A stretch of DNA of 64,000 nucleotides from an uncultured Oscillospiraceae bacterium (GTDB lineage: Bacteria; Bacillota; Clostridia; Oscillospirales; CAG-382). Location of the stretch: positions 12,040 to 76,039 of the forward strand of contig CAZAJX010000003.1 of NCBI GenBank assembly GCA_964485815.1. The letters run 5' to 3'. Of this stretch, positions 35,033 to 41,977 are shown piece by piece; positions within the stretch are counted from its first letter, which is position 1; each line of letters starts with the position of its first letter. Both the position numbers and the translations under genes were made by a program. A model generated the notes under the pieces. The model was given only the letters and a program-made list of their open reading frames with translations. It searched no databases and was not told the origin of the DNA.

Positions 35033-35044
35033 AAATGAAACAAA

Positions 35045-35071
35045 AACGGCTGATTATATCAGCCGTTTTTT
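35045..35071 (+). terminator. Intrinsic terminator of SBP1
   Basis: ACGGCTGAT-TAT-ATCAGCCGT followed by TTTTTT, running into repeat R8. Confidence 0.75.
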
Positions 35072-35160
35072 AATGATAAATGATAAATGATAAATGATGA
35101 ATGATGAATGTAGGAAAGTTTTTTGCTGTACGCAAAAAACAAATTTAATGTTTTAAAAGG
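35072..35160 (-). repeat. Heptamer-armed repeat, copy R8 (degenerate right arm)
   Basis: AATGATA x3, AATGATG x2, AATGTAG, then the GTTTTTTGC-TGTAC-GCAAAAAAC hairpin and CAAATTTAATGTTTTAAAAGG. An extra hairpin GGACAG-GCGTCCTCGA-CTGTCC follows. Confidence 0.75.
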
Positions 35161-35203
35161 CTATACGATAACCGTAGGGACAGGCGTCCTCGACTGTCCG
35201 CCA

Positions 35204-35662
35204 TTAATTTAACATTGCTACCCCGTAAGATAAATATGCTGCAAATGATAACCATATCATATAGGGCAAAAACAGTATTCCCGCAACGGGACGGCACACC
35301 CAGAATTCCCGTGTGAGGACGAATCCCACCGCCCACATAACCAGAATTACCAAAAAAGAAAGCATAAAAAGCTGCCATTTAAAAAACAAAAAGGGCCATA
35401 TAAAGTTTAAAGCAAGGGTTATTACGTACAGCACCTTCCAAAGCTTTCCTTTACAACCCGATGTATATGCAAAATAGCTTGAAAGTCCCATAAGGGCATA
35501 CAGCACAGTCCACACCGCGGGGAACACCCATCCGGGAGGAGAAAGGGCAGGTAAGGCGATACCCTGATACAAGCCCGATCCTGCCGCAGTAAGCGCGCCC
35601 GCAAGCCCGCCCACAAACAGCGGGATAAACAACGAAACCAATAAAACGCCTAATCTTTTCAA
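35204..35662 (-). CDS. TspO/MBR-family tryptophan-rich sensory protein
   Basis: Five TM helices, with the PPGWVFPAVWTVLYALMG and FLPYMIWLSFAAYL motifs. Confidence 0.85.
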   Translation of the reverse strand: MKRLGVLLVSLFIPLFVGGLAGALTAAGSGLYQGIALPALSPPGWVFPAVWTVLYALMGLSSYFAYTSGCKGKLWKVLYVITLALNFIWPFLFFKWQLFMLSFLVILVMWAVGFVLTREFWVCRPVAGILFLPYMIWLSFAAYLSYGVAMLN

Positions 35663-35754
35663 GCCGCACCGCTCCTTTTTCCAAAGAGGAATTTGAATTA
35701 ATATAATTTATGCAAAAGACCGATAAATTATGCAGGCAAATTAATGCGCATCTA

Positions 35755-35783
35755 TTGAAAAAAACGGCAAACTGCTATATAAT
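35755..35783 (+). promoter_or_regulatory. Sigma-A promoter for Gfo/Idh/MocA gene 2
   Basis: TTGAAA, 17 nt, TATAAT. Confidence 0.55.
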
Positions 35784-35828
35784 GTCCGTGTAAAATCAAA
35801 ACAAGAAGCAATGGAAAGGAAGCAGAAA

Positions 35829-36899
35829 ATGGAACAGAAAAAACTTAAAGTCGCCGTTGTAGGCGTTGGCGGCATATCCGAGGTACATATTAACGGCTAT
35901 AAAGCCTGCCCCAACGTGGAACTTTACGCTTTTTGCGATATCAACGAAAAAACTCTTAAATGGAAGGGCGAGCGCCACGGCGTAACCAGACTTTATACCG
36001 ACGAAGCCACTATGCTTGCGGAACTTCCCGAGATCGACGCGGTTTCCGTTTGCACCTGGAACTCCGCTCACGCACCCTGCACCATTATGGCGCTTAACGC
36101 AGGCAAGCACGTTCTGTGCGAAAAGCCTATGGCTATGAACACCCGGGAAGCCGAGGCTATGCTGGAAGCGGCAAAGCGCAACAATAAATTGCTTATGATC
36201 GGCTTCGTGCGCCGCTTCGGTAACGATGCGGCTGTGCTTAAGGATTTTATAGACGCAGGCGATTTCGGCGAAATTTACTACGCAAAGGCAAACTATACCC
36301 GCCGTAACGGATGCCCCGGCGGCTGGTTCGGTGAAAAAGCGCGCTCCGGCGGCGGTCCTCTTATCGACCTTGGCGTACACGTTATCGACCTTGTCCGCTA
36401 TCTGCTGGGCAATCCCAAGCCCGTTTCCGTTTACGGCGTAACCTATGATAAGCTTAAAAACCGTCCCGGCATTAAGGGAACGGTGGACTATAAGTCCGAA
36501 ACCGATGCGGCAAAGCCTGTGTTCGACGTTGAGGATATGGCAAGCGCACTCATCCGCTTCGATAACGGCACCACTCTGGCAGTTGAAGCATCCTTCAGCC
36601 TTAATATCCCCCACGATGTGGGCAAGATCGAGCTTTACGGAAGCAAGGCAGGCGCGGTGATCGACCCCGAATTAAAGATATACACCCAGCAAAACGGTTA
36701 TCTCACCAACGTAACTATGCATCAGTCTACAGCACTCAGCTTTGACGGTCTGTTCGAAAACGAGATCTCCCATTTCGTAAGATGTATTACCGAGGGTATC
36801 CCCTGCCGTAACCCTGCGGAAGACGGCGTAGAAATGATGAAGATACTGGATGCAGTATATGCATCCGCCTCCACCGGACATGAAGTGGTGATTGATTAG
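35829..36899 (+). CDS. Gfo/Idh/MocA-family NAD(P)-dependent oxidoreductase 2
   Basis: KLKVAVVGVGGISEVH and GKHVLCEKP motifs. Paralogue of gene 1, at roughly one third identity by eye. ATG at 35829 has an AAGGAAG RBS. The ORF also opens at 35811. Confidence 0.85.
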   Translation: MEQKKLKVAVVGVGGISEVHINGYKACPNVELYAFCDINEKTLKWKGERHGVTRLYTDEATMLAELPEIDAVSVCTWNSAHAPCTIMALNAGKHVLCEKPMAMNTREAEAMLEAAKRNNKLLMIGFVRRFGNDAAVLKDFIDAGDFGEIYYAKANYTRRNGCPGGWFGEKARSGGGPLIDLGVHVIDLVRYLLGNPKPVSVYGVTYDKLKNRPGIKGTVDYKSETDAAKPVFDVEDMASALIRFDNGTTLAVEASFSLNIPHDVGKIELYGSKAGAVIDPELKIYTQQNGYLTNVTMHQSTALSFDGLFENEISHFVRCITEGIPCRNPAEDGVEMMKILDAVYASASTGHEVVID

Positions 36900-37308
36900 T
36901 CGCTCGGTAAAAAACGCAGAACAAAAACGCAAAAAACACATAGTTCTGTTTAGCGCGTTCTCAAATGTAGGGCGGGTGGCTTATCCGGGGTCCCCAAAAA
37001 ATGCGGCAGCATTTTTCGGGGTGCCCCTTCCCCCCGCCGTTACTCATATTAAAAGGAAAACTTCCGTAGAAGTAAAAAAACATCTACGGAAGTTCTTTTA
37101 TTTTTATTTTGCGTTTTTTATAAATTTTCGCTTCGCTGGCTGTAGGTTACTACAGCTCCCGCTCGCGAAAATTCATTCTGCGCCATTTTACCATCGCTCA
37201 CTCCAAACCACGGCTATTACAGACATTACGTATCAAAAACAATTATTTCGGTTTTTGCTCCGCAAAAAACTTCCGAAATTTATCATTTGTCATTCCTCAT
37301 TCCTCATT
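36900..37308 (-). repeat. Extended mosaic repeat S2 with terminal heptamer arm (R9)
   Basis: The reverse complement reads AATGAGG x2, AATGACA, AATGATA, AATTTCGGAAG, GTTTTTTGCGGAGCAAAAAC, and is then colinear with S1. Anchor: CCGTGGTTTGGAGTGAGCGATGGTAAAAT versus CCGTGGCTTGGAATGAGCGATGGTAAAAC in S1. The middle GC hairpin is swapped for the CCCCAAAAAATGC...GCATTTTTCGGGG module. Confidence 0.8.
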
Positions 37309-37337
37309 AAAAAACGCCCGTATTATCGGGCGTTTTT
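37308..37337. terminator. Bidirectional intrinsic terminator (patatin gene 3' end)
   Basis: AAAAAA-ACGCCCG-TATTAT-CGGGCGT-TTTT. Confidence 0.7.
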
Positions 37338-37338
37338 A

Positions 37339-38187
37339 TCACGGTTTTTGTATTTTCGTTATCTTTTTGCCTATTTTATTCAGACCGGTAATAACCGTAT
37401 CCGTAGTAAGTCGGATCTTCTTTTTGGGGTTTTCCTTGTTAAGGGTAGTAATGGTGTTGTAAATGTGGGGCAGGTTATCCGTACCCTCCTCAAACACGCG
37501 GCTGAGAGTGGCGCGGGCACGCTCGTACCCGTCCTCCAGCATTCTGTCCACGCTTTCGCGGGAGATGACGAAGGATGTCTTTGCCCGCGTGGGATCGGGG
37601 AAAAATATTTTTACTATCTTATTATCGAAATAGCTGTCCTCAAAGGTGTACCAATAATCGTCAAAATAAATACAGATAATATAATCCAATTTATGCTGCA
37701 TCAAGGGATACACGGGGATATTGTCTACCAAGGCGCCGTCAAAATAATAATCGTTTTCTATTCTTACGGGGCGGTTGAATACGGGCAAAGCAATTCCCGC
37801 CCGCAAGGATTTTCTCGTGTGCTGGCGCATGGAATTAAGCTCGGAATACTCCATCTTCATGGAGTTTATGTTGAGATGGGCAACATACAGCTTGCTGTAA
37901 AGCTTATCCTCGGGGGAGGCGAGGTCTGTAATTATCTGCTGCAGTTTATCACTGCGAAGCAGGCGCATTACGTTGGTACCTGAGTTCTCGCCGCAAAATC
38001 CCTGCCACATTTCCTGCGCCTTTTCCAATTTTTGTGCGGCGAAGGCATATCCGTTCAGCGCGCCGATAGATGCACAGCTTATATATTTTATATCTTCGAT
38101 AGGGATAAATTCCCGTATCGCCTTCAGCGCACCTACCTGGTAAGCGCCTTTGGCAAATCCGCCTGCAAGAACTATTCCGATATTCAT
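37339..38187 (-). CDS. Patatin-like phospholipase
   Basis: Oxyanion GGFAKG, nucleophile elbow CASIG (GxSxG variant), and catalytic Asp in DGALVDNIP. Met at 38187 follows GGGTGG. The ORF-track start at 38223 lies only about 5 nt from the inferred TSS. Confidence 0.8.
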   Translation of the reverse strand: MNIGIVLAGGFAKGAYQVGALKAIREFIPIEDIKYISCASIGALNGYAFAAQKLEKAQEMWQGFCGENSGTNVMRLLRSDKLQQIITDLASPEDKLYSKLYVAHLNINSMKMEYSELNSMRQHTRKSLRAGIALPVFNRPVRIENDYYFDGALVDNIPVYPLMQHKLDYIICIYFDDYWYTFEDSYFDNKIVKIFFPDPTRAKTSFVISRESVDRMLEDGYERARATLSRVFEEGTDNLPHIYNTITTLNKENPKKKIRLTTDTVITGLNKIGKKITKIQKP

Positions 38188-38234
38188 TGTGCGCCCACCC
38201 TTCTGTTTAAAAAATATGCGCAAGGCAACAACAT

Positions 38235-38263
38235 ATTATACAACGAACGATCAGCAAAGTCAA
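38235..38263 (-). promoter_or_regulatory. Consensus sigma-A promoter for the patatin-like gene
   Basis: The reverse complement reads TTGACT, 17 nt, TATAAT. Confidence 0.6.
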
Positions 38264-38265
38264 GA

Positions 38266-38299
38266 GGAAAAAGCCTTAACGGTTTTTCCGTTAAGGCTT
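38266..38299 (-). terminator. Intrinsic terminator of SBP2
   Basis: AAGCCTTAACGG-TTTTT-CCGTTAAGGCTT, with a T-tract on the minus strand. Confidence 0.7.
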
Positions 38300-38306
38300 C
38301 TTGGGG

Positions 38307-39803
38307 TTAATTAAATTCTACCAGAATTTCCAGAGTTTCTTCCATATCGCTTTGCGCCTTGTCAGCCACCGCCTCAAAACGGGATGCGTAGTTGGGGTCT
38401 GCGTTATACATCTGTCCGCATACTGCGCCCCAATTATATATGGCGCCGAGGTCGAACACGCGGGAATCGAAGATTATATCAAGCATTCTTCCCGATTCAT
38501 CATCGCGGGTCGCCTGAAGCTTCAGGGTTCTGTCATAGTATTCGGGGGTAACGAGCTGCTTGCTCAATGCGCCGAGAGCCTCTATTACCAAGCCCAGATC
38601 CTCGGGATTTTTAGCCGAATAGGGGATGGCGAGAGAGGATGTCTGGTGGTAGGAAACGGAATGGTAATATCTGTCCTGATCGGGGTCACCCTTGGGAATG
38701 GGAAGCATACCGAAATCGTCCTCCATTGCGCGGAAGGCGGTAAGGTTCATAAGTCCGCCCATATAGAAAAGCTCTCTGCCGTCGGTAAAGGCTTTTACTA
38801 CCGTCGCTTCGAACACGTTGGAGTATCCCTTGCCGGAAAATCTGCCGTCATCGGCGATCATAACCGTGCCTTTATCGCTGTAGAAATTGCTTATTTTTGC
38901 AAGGGCATCGTACATACCCTCGGTCTGGAAGGAGAAATAGGGGATATCGTCCGCATCCTTGGAAACTACCTTTTCCCCTGCCGCAAGGGCGTGAACGTAT
39001 ATGTTATAGGTTTCTGTGCCCAGCGCCCAAGTGTCGAATTCATCAACCGTGCCGTCACCGCTGCTGTCAAAGGTTATACCCTTGCAGATGGTAATGAAGT
39101 TGTCCATATTCCACTCGTCGTTATCAACCATTTCGTAAAAGTTGTAATCCGAGCACATTTCACTTGCCAAACGCTTGTTGAAGAAGATGAGCCAGGTGCC
39201 GTCATTATCCTGAGTGTTAATATCTCCCAGAGCAACGAAAATTCTTCCCGCAACGGAAAGATCGTTTACCGCCTGCTGGTCCCACCAAGGGTTGGAAAGG
39301 TCGATAGTATCAATAGAATTCAAATCTCTGTATACGCCGTCAAGCCACGAAGCGGCGGTGTAGGTTATGTTTTCAAACAACAGATCGTATGCGTTATCTC
39401 CCGAAAGTCCTGCCGCCATCTGGTCTACGATGATCCGGTTTAATTCCGCTTGTTCGGCGGCGGTTATGACGCCCTCAAGAACACAGTTGTATCTTTCCTC
39501 GATAACACGTCTTGCTTCTGCTTTTGCTACGTCAACTGCGGAAGCCGTGTCCTCGGAGTAATCCTCTCTCTGGATTATCTCACCGCCGAATCCCAGTATA
39601 GATCCGCTTCCGTTGGCGTTCCAGTCCCTGCAGAGAATACGGATCACACGTCCGCCAAGGTCCTTTACGGGCAGATCTGCGCCGTAGCCGCTGTCGCTTA
39701 AGTCTGCGCCGCTCTGTTCGTCTGCGGGGGTGTTGTCATTACACGAAACCAGCACACCGCACAGCAAAAGGAGAATAAGAAAAACAGATAAAGCCTTTTT
39801 CAT
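38307..39803 (-). CDS. Extracellular solute-binding lipoprotein 2 (paralogue of SBP1), orphan
   Basis: Lipobox GVLVSCN and a 498-aa size. Colinear blocks with SBP1, for example NPWWDQ versus REWWSQ and LIFFNKRLA versus GMFFNKTLA. Confidence 0.75.
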   Translation of the reverse strand: MKKALSVFLILLLLCGVLVSCNDNTPADEQSGADLSDSGYGADLPVKDLGGRVIRILCRDWNANGSGSILGFGGEIIQREDYSEDTASAVDVAKAEARRVIEERYNCVLEGVITAAEQAELNRIIVDQMAAGLSGDNAYDLLFENITYTAASWLDGVYRDLNSIDTIDLSNPWWDQQAVNDLSVAGRIFVALGDINTQDNDGTWLIFFNKRLASEMCSDYNFYEMVDNDEWNMDNFITICKGITFDSSGDGTVDEFDTWALGTETYNIYVHALAAGEKVVSKDADDIPYFSFQTEGMYDALAKISNFYSDKGTVMIADDGRFSGKGYSNVFEATVVKAFTDGRELFYMGGLMNLTAFRAMEDDFGMLPIPKGDPDQDRYYHSVSYHQTSSLAIPYSAKNPEDLGLVIEALGALSKQLVTPEYYDRTLKLQATRDDESGRMLDIIFDSRVFDLGAIYNWGAVCGQMYNADPNYASRFEAVADKAQSDMEETLEILVEFN

Positions 39804-39886
39804 TTTTATAAGCCCTCCGTATCGTTAGTGGTTATTATATATTATCATATTTTCCGTTTCAAGTCAATAAAGAGTAAGCACCATGG

Positions 39887-40250
39887 AAATGAGGAATGAT
39901 AAATGAGGAATGATGGAAAGTTTTTGGTCAGCAGACCAAAAACATCATATTTTCTCAAACTCACCAAACTACCGTAGAAGAAGGTAAAACTCACGGTTTT
40001 CGATACGTAAAATAGGAGAAGGTAGGACGCCGGGTATTTAGCGCAGAAAACGATTTTTAGGCGTGTGGGGCTGTACAAAGGTACTGCCCACCGACTAAAA
40101 ACGTTTAAAAACGCGAATAAAAAAGGAATTCGTGTTTTCACGAATTCCTACATTAATAGTGCCTCAAACAAATGTCAGCGAAAACAGTGACGGTTTTGCG
40201 GTACATCTTCTTTTAACTTTTTTCGCGTTTTGTTCTGCGGTAAATAACCA
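39887..40250 (+). repeat. Heptamer arm R10 fused to extended mosaic repeat S3
   Basis: AATGAGG, AATGATA, AATGAGG, AATGATG, then the GTTTTTGGTC-AGC-AGACCAAAAAC hairpin. It is then colinear in outline with S1: CGGTTTTCGATACG, ACGTTTAAAAACGCGAATAAAAAAGGAATTCGTG...CACGAATTCC, and TTTTTTCGCGTTTTGTTCTGCGGTAAA. More diverged than S1 versus S2. Confidence 0.65.
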
Positions 40251-40254
40251 AGTC

Positions 40255-41151
40255 CTACAGATCGGCGGTGTCGTGGGACTTGTAACCCTGCCCGAGTATC
40301 TCCGTAGCATTTGTTACTATAAGGAACGCACCGTTATCCTCCGCACGTATAAGCTCTTTTGCTCTGGGAAGCTGTTGCTTTTTAAGCACGCACATTATTA
40401 CGGGCTGATTTCTGCCGGTGTATCCGCCGTGGGAGTGAACGATGGTTGCGCCCACGTCCAGCTCCTTCAGAAGCCGCTGGGTGATAACGTCGTTTTTCTC
40501 GCTCATTATATATATCATCTTCGCGCTGTCAAAGCCGTAAAGCAGCTTGTCCACCACGATGGTCTGAACAACTACGCAAACGCCGGCGTATATGGACAAT
40601 TCGAACCGCTTAAAGGAGATAGCGGATGCGATAATAACCATAATGTCGAATATCATAAAGATAGTGCCGGTGGAGATGTGCTTGAATTTAAGACGCATCA
40701 ATTTTACCAGAATATCCGTACCGCCGGTGGATGCGCCTGCGTGGAACATAGTGGCAATTCCTATGGAAACCAGCACGGGACCCGCGAAAGCGGCAAGCAT
40801 AGGATCGTTGGTGGCGGCGCCGATATATTGGGATCCCAAATTCATAAAAAGGGAAGACATTATTATGGCGTATATGGTGGTAAAAAGGAACTTGAATCCG
40901 AATTTCCACGTGGCGATTATCAGCAGGGGCACGTTAAGTATGATTATCCAGGTACCCGTGGGGAAAAGTCCGATCAAGTGGCTGAGTATAATGGATACAC
41001 CCGAAATTCCCCCCGATGCAAGGGCGTTGGGGTCCAAAAACAGGAAAACTCCCGCCGCGTATGCCGCACAGCCGATGGTTATCATCACCATGTTCACGAG
41101 AAACTGTACTTTTTTATTTTTGAATCTGTGAAAAATATTCACCTTTTTCAC
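40255..41151 (-). CDS. YitT-family membrane protein (DUF2179 C-terminal domain)
   Basis: Five or six TM helices with GG(I/T)SG motifs, and a C-terminal soluble domain (HSHGGYTG...VLKKQQL). Confidence 0.8.
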   Translation of the reverse strand: MKKVNIFHRFKNKKVQFLVNMVMITIGCAAYAAGVFLFLDPNALASGGISGVSIILSHLIGLFPTGTWIIILNVPLLIIATWKFGFKFLFTTIYAIIMSSLFMNLGSQYIGAATNDPMLAAFAGPVLVSIGIATMFHAGASTGGTDILVKLMRLKFKHISTGTIFMIFDIMVIIASAISFKRFELSIYAGVCVVVQTIVVDKLLYGFDSAKMIYIMSEKNDVITQRLLKELDVGATIVHSHGGYTGRNQPVIMCVLKKQQLPRAKELIRAEDNGAFLIVTNATEILGQGYKSHDTADL

Positions 41152-41224
41152 CTCTGTATATATTTTGGGGCGGAAAATATTATATCACCCGAGTAAAATT
41201 TTGTCAATAAAGAGGAAAATACAG

Positions 41225-41566
41225 TCAATCTTTTTTCAAAGTTTTACAGCTTGATATCAGCATTCTTCTTATCCGTCCGCAGAGATTTCTGTTGTTTTTG
41301 AAGGTTTGCTCGTCAATGGCTCCGGTGTTCAAAAGAATCTGAAGCCAGCCTTCCGTTTCGGTGCATTCTTTTATGGAAATCTCGAATTTCGAAATCATAT
41401 CGGCTTTGCTGTGTCCGTAATTTGCCTCGCGGATATTTGCATAAATACTGCTTGAACTTTTGCGGATTTGAAAAATCGTGTTTGAAGGAGCCTTTGTGCT
41501 TTGACAAAGCAATTCTATATCGGTTGCAAGCTGTTCGGAGTAGATCAATAAATAATTTTTTGACAC
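41225..41566 (-). CDS. Four-helix-bundle protein (23S rRNA intervening-sequence protein / Avd-like family)
   Basis: 113 aa. IRKSSSSIYANIREANYGHSKADMISKFEISIKECTETEGWLQIL matches the family signature (S..NI.EG....S..D....I..KE..ET..WL). GTG start 7 nt after GGAGGG. Confidence 0.75.
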   Translation of the reverse strand: MSKNYLLIYSEQLATDIELLCQSTKAPSNTIFQIRKSSSSIYANIREANYGHSKADMISKFEISIKECTETEGWLQILLNTGAIDEQTFKNNRNLCGRIRRMLISSCKTLKKD

Positions 41567-41585
41567 AACTAACCCTCCGTAAAAA

Positions 41586-41815
41586 TCAACGGCGCAAGCC
41601 GTTGTATATCATCAAGGCGAAAGCCTTGTATATCATCAAAACGAAGTTTTGTATATCATCAAGCCGCAGGGAATACACGCTGACGCGTGATGAGATACAA
41701 GGGCGGTTTGCCGCCCTTGATGATATACACCGCACTTCGTGCGTTGATGATATACCAAGCCTTATGCACCCCGAAAAAAACGCTTTGCGTTTTTGGGGGA
41801 CCCCGCTGCGGCTTG
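41586..41815. repeat. Array of three direct and three inverted 14-mers separated by short stable hairpins
   Basis: TTGTATATCATCAA at 41602, 41626 and 41649. Inverted copies are GTGATGAGATACAA at 41687, TTGATGATATACAC at 41717 and TTGATGATATACCA at 41744. Spacer hairpins: CGGC-GCAA-GCCG, GGC-GAAA-GCC, AAC-GAA-GTT, GGGCGG-TTTG-CCGCCC, CGCAC-TTC-GTGCG. Terminal CCCCGAAAAAAACGC-TTT-GCGTTTTTGGGG module. Confidence 0.85.
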
Positions 41816-41818
41816 GAT

Positions 41819-41853
41819 AAAAAAATCCTCGTTCTATTGAACGAGGATTTTTT
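41819..41853. terminator. Bidirectional intrinsic terminator downstream of tRNA-Val
   Basis: AAAAAAA-ATCCTCGTT-CTATTG-AACGAGGAT-TTTTTT. Confidence 0.75.
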
Positions 41854-41930
41854 TGGTGGGGGCTACAGGACTCGAACCTGTGACCCCCTGCTTGTAAGGC
41901 AGGTGCTCTAACCAACTGAGCTAAGCCCCC
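41854..41930 (-). tRNA. tRNA-Val (anticodon TAC), CCA encoded
   Basis: The reverse complement is GGGGGCTTAGCTCAGTTGGTTAGAGCACCTGCCTTACAAGCAGGGGGTCACAGGTTCGAGTCCTGTAGCCCCCACCA. It folds as a cloverleaf: 7-bp acceptor, GCTC/GAGC D stem, CCTGC/GCAGG anticodon stem with loop CTTACAA, ACAGG/CCTGT T stem with GTTCGAGTC. Confidence 0.95.
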
Positions 41931-41945
41931 GTGTTCGACTTGTAA

Positions 41946-41974
41946 AGTATATCACAAGTCTTTTCGTTTGTCAA
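41946..41974 (-). promoter_or_regulatory. Sigma-A promoter for tRNA-Val
   Basis: The reverse complement reads TTGACA, 17 nt (ending TGA), TATACT. This predicts a leader of about 9 nt. Confidence 0.55.
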
Positions 41975-41977
41975 TAC

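Noticed and set aside
37339-38187. Patatin-like phospholipase as the effector of a CBASS-type or other defence system.
   Set aside because: No cyclase/nucleotidyltransferase, E1/E2/JAB, sensor or other defence-associated gene is adjacent. The gene is monocistronic, with its own promoter and terminator, between a sugar-binding lipoprotein and an oxidoreductase.
32050-40250. The repeat-bounded region as a classical mobile element (IS, transposon, integrative island or prophage).
   Set aside because: There is no transposase, integrase, recombinase, relaxase or phage structural gene. The tRNA-Val at 41854-41930 shows no duplicated 3' end nearby. The inverted repeats are non-coding mosaics, not IS termini.
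32267-41196. Long ORFs antisense to annotated genes: 32267-33523 (+), 33476-34918 (-), 38301-39443 (+), 40132-41196 (+). Also 12705-13544 (+), 9651-10571 (-), 4069-5040 (-) and similar.
   Set aside because: Each lies opposite a gene with clear family motifs, signal peptides or RBS. Their translations are low-complexity, Cys/Gly/Val/His-rich, and lack any recognisable motif or RBS. This is typical of open antisense frames in codon-biased genes.
41225-41566. Four-helix-bundle gene as the Avd component of a diversity-generating retroelement.
   Set aside because: No reverse transcriptase gene and no template/variable repeat pair (about 100 nt with A-specific mismatches) is present within the window. 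Only the short 14-mer array lies nearby.
1-41815. Heptamer arms or the 14-mer/hairpin array as CRISPR arrays.
   Set aside because: The units are 7 nt or 14 nt with spacers of only 9-16 nt that are themselves hairpins. Arrays are inverted rather than direct. There are no unique spacers of about 30 nt, no leader and no cas genes in the window.
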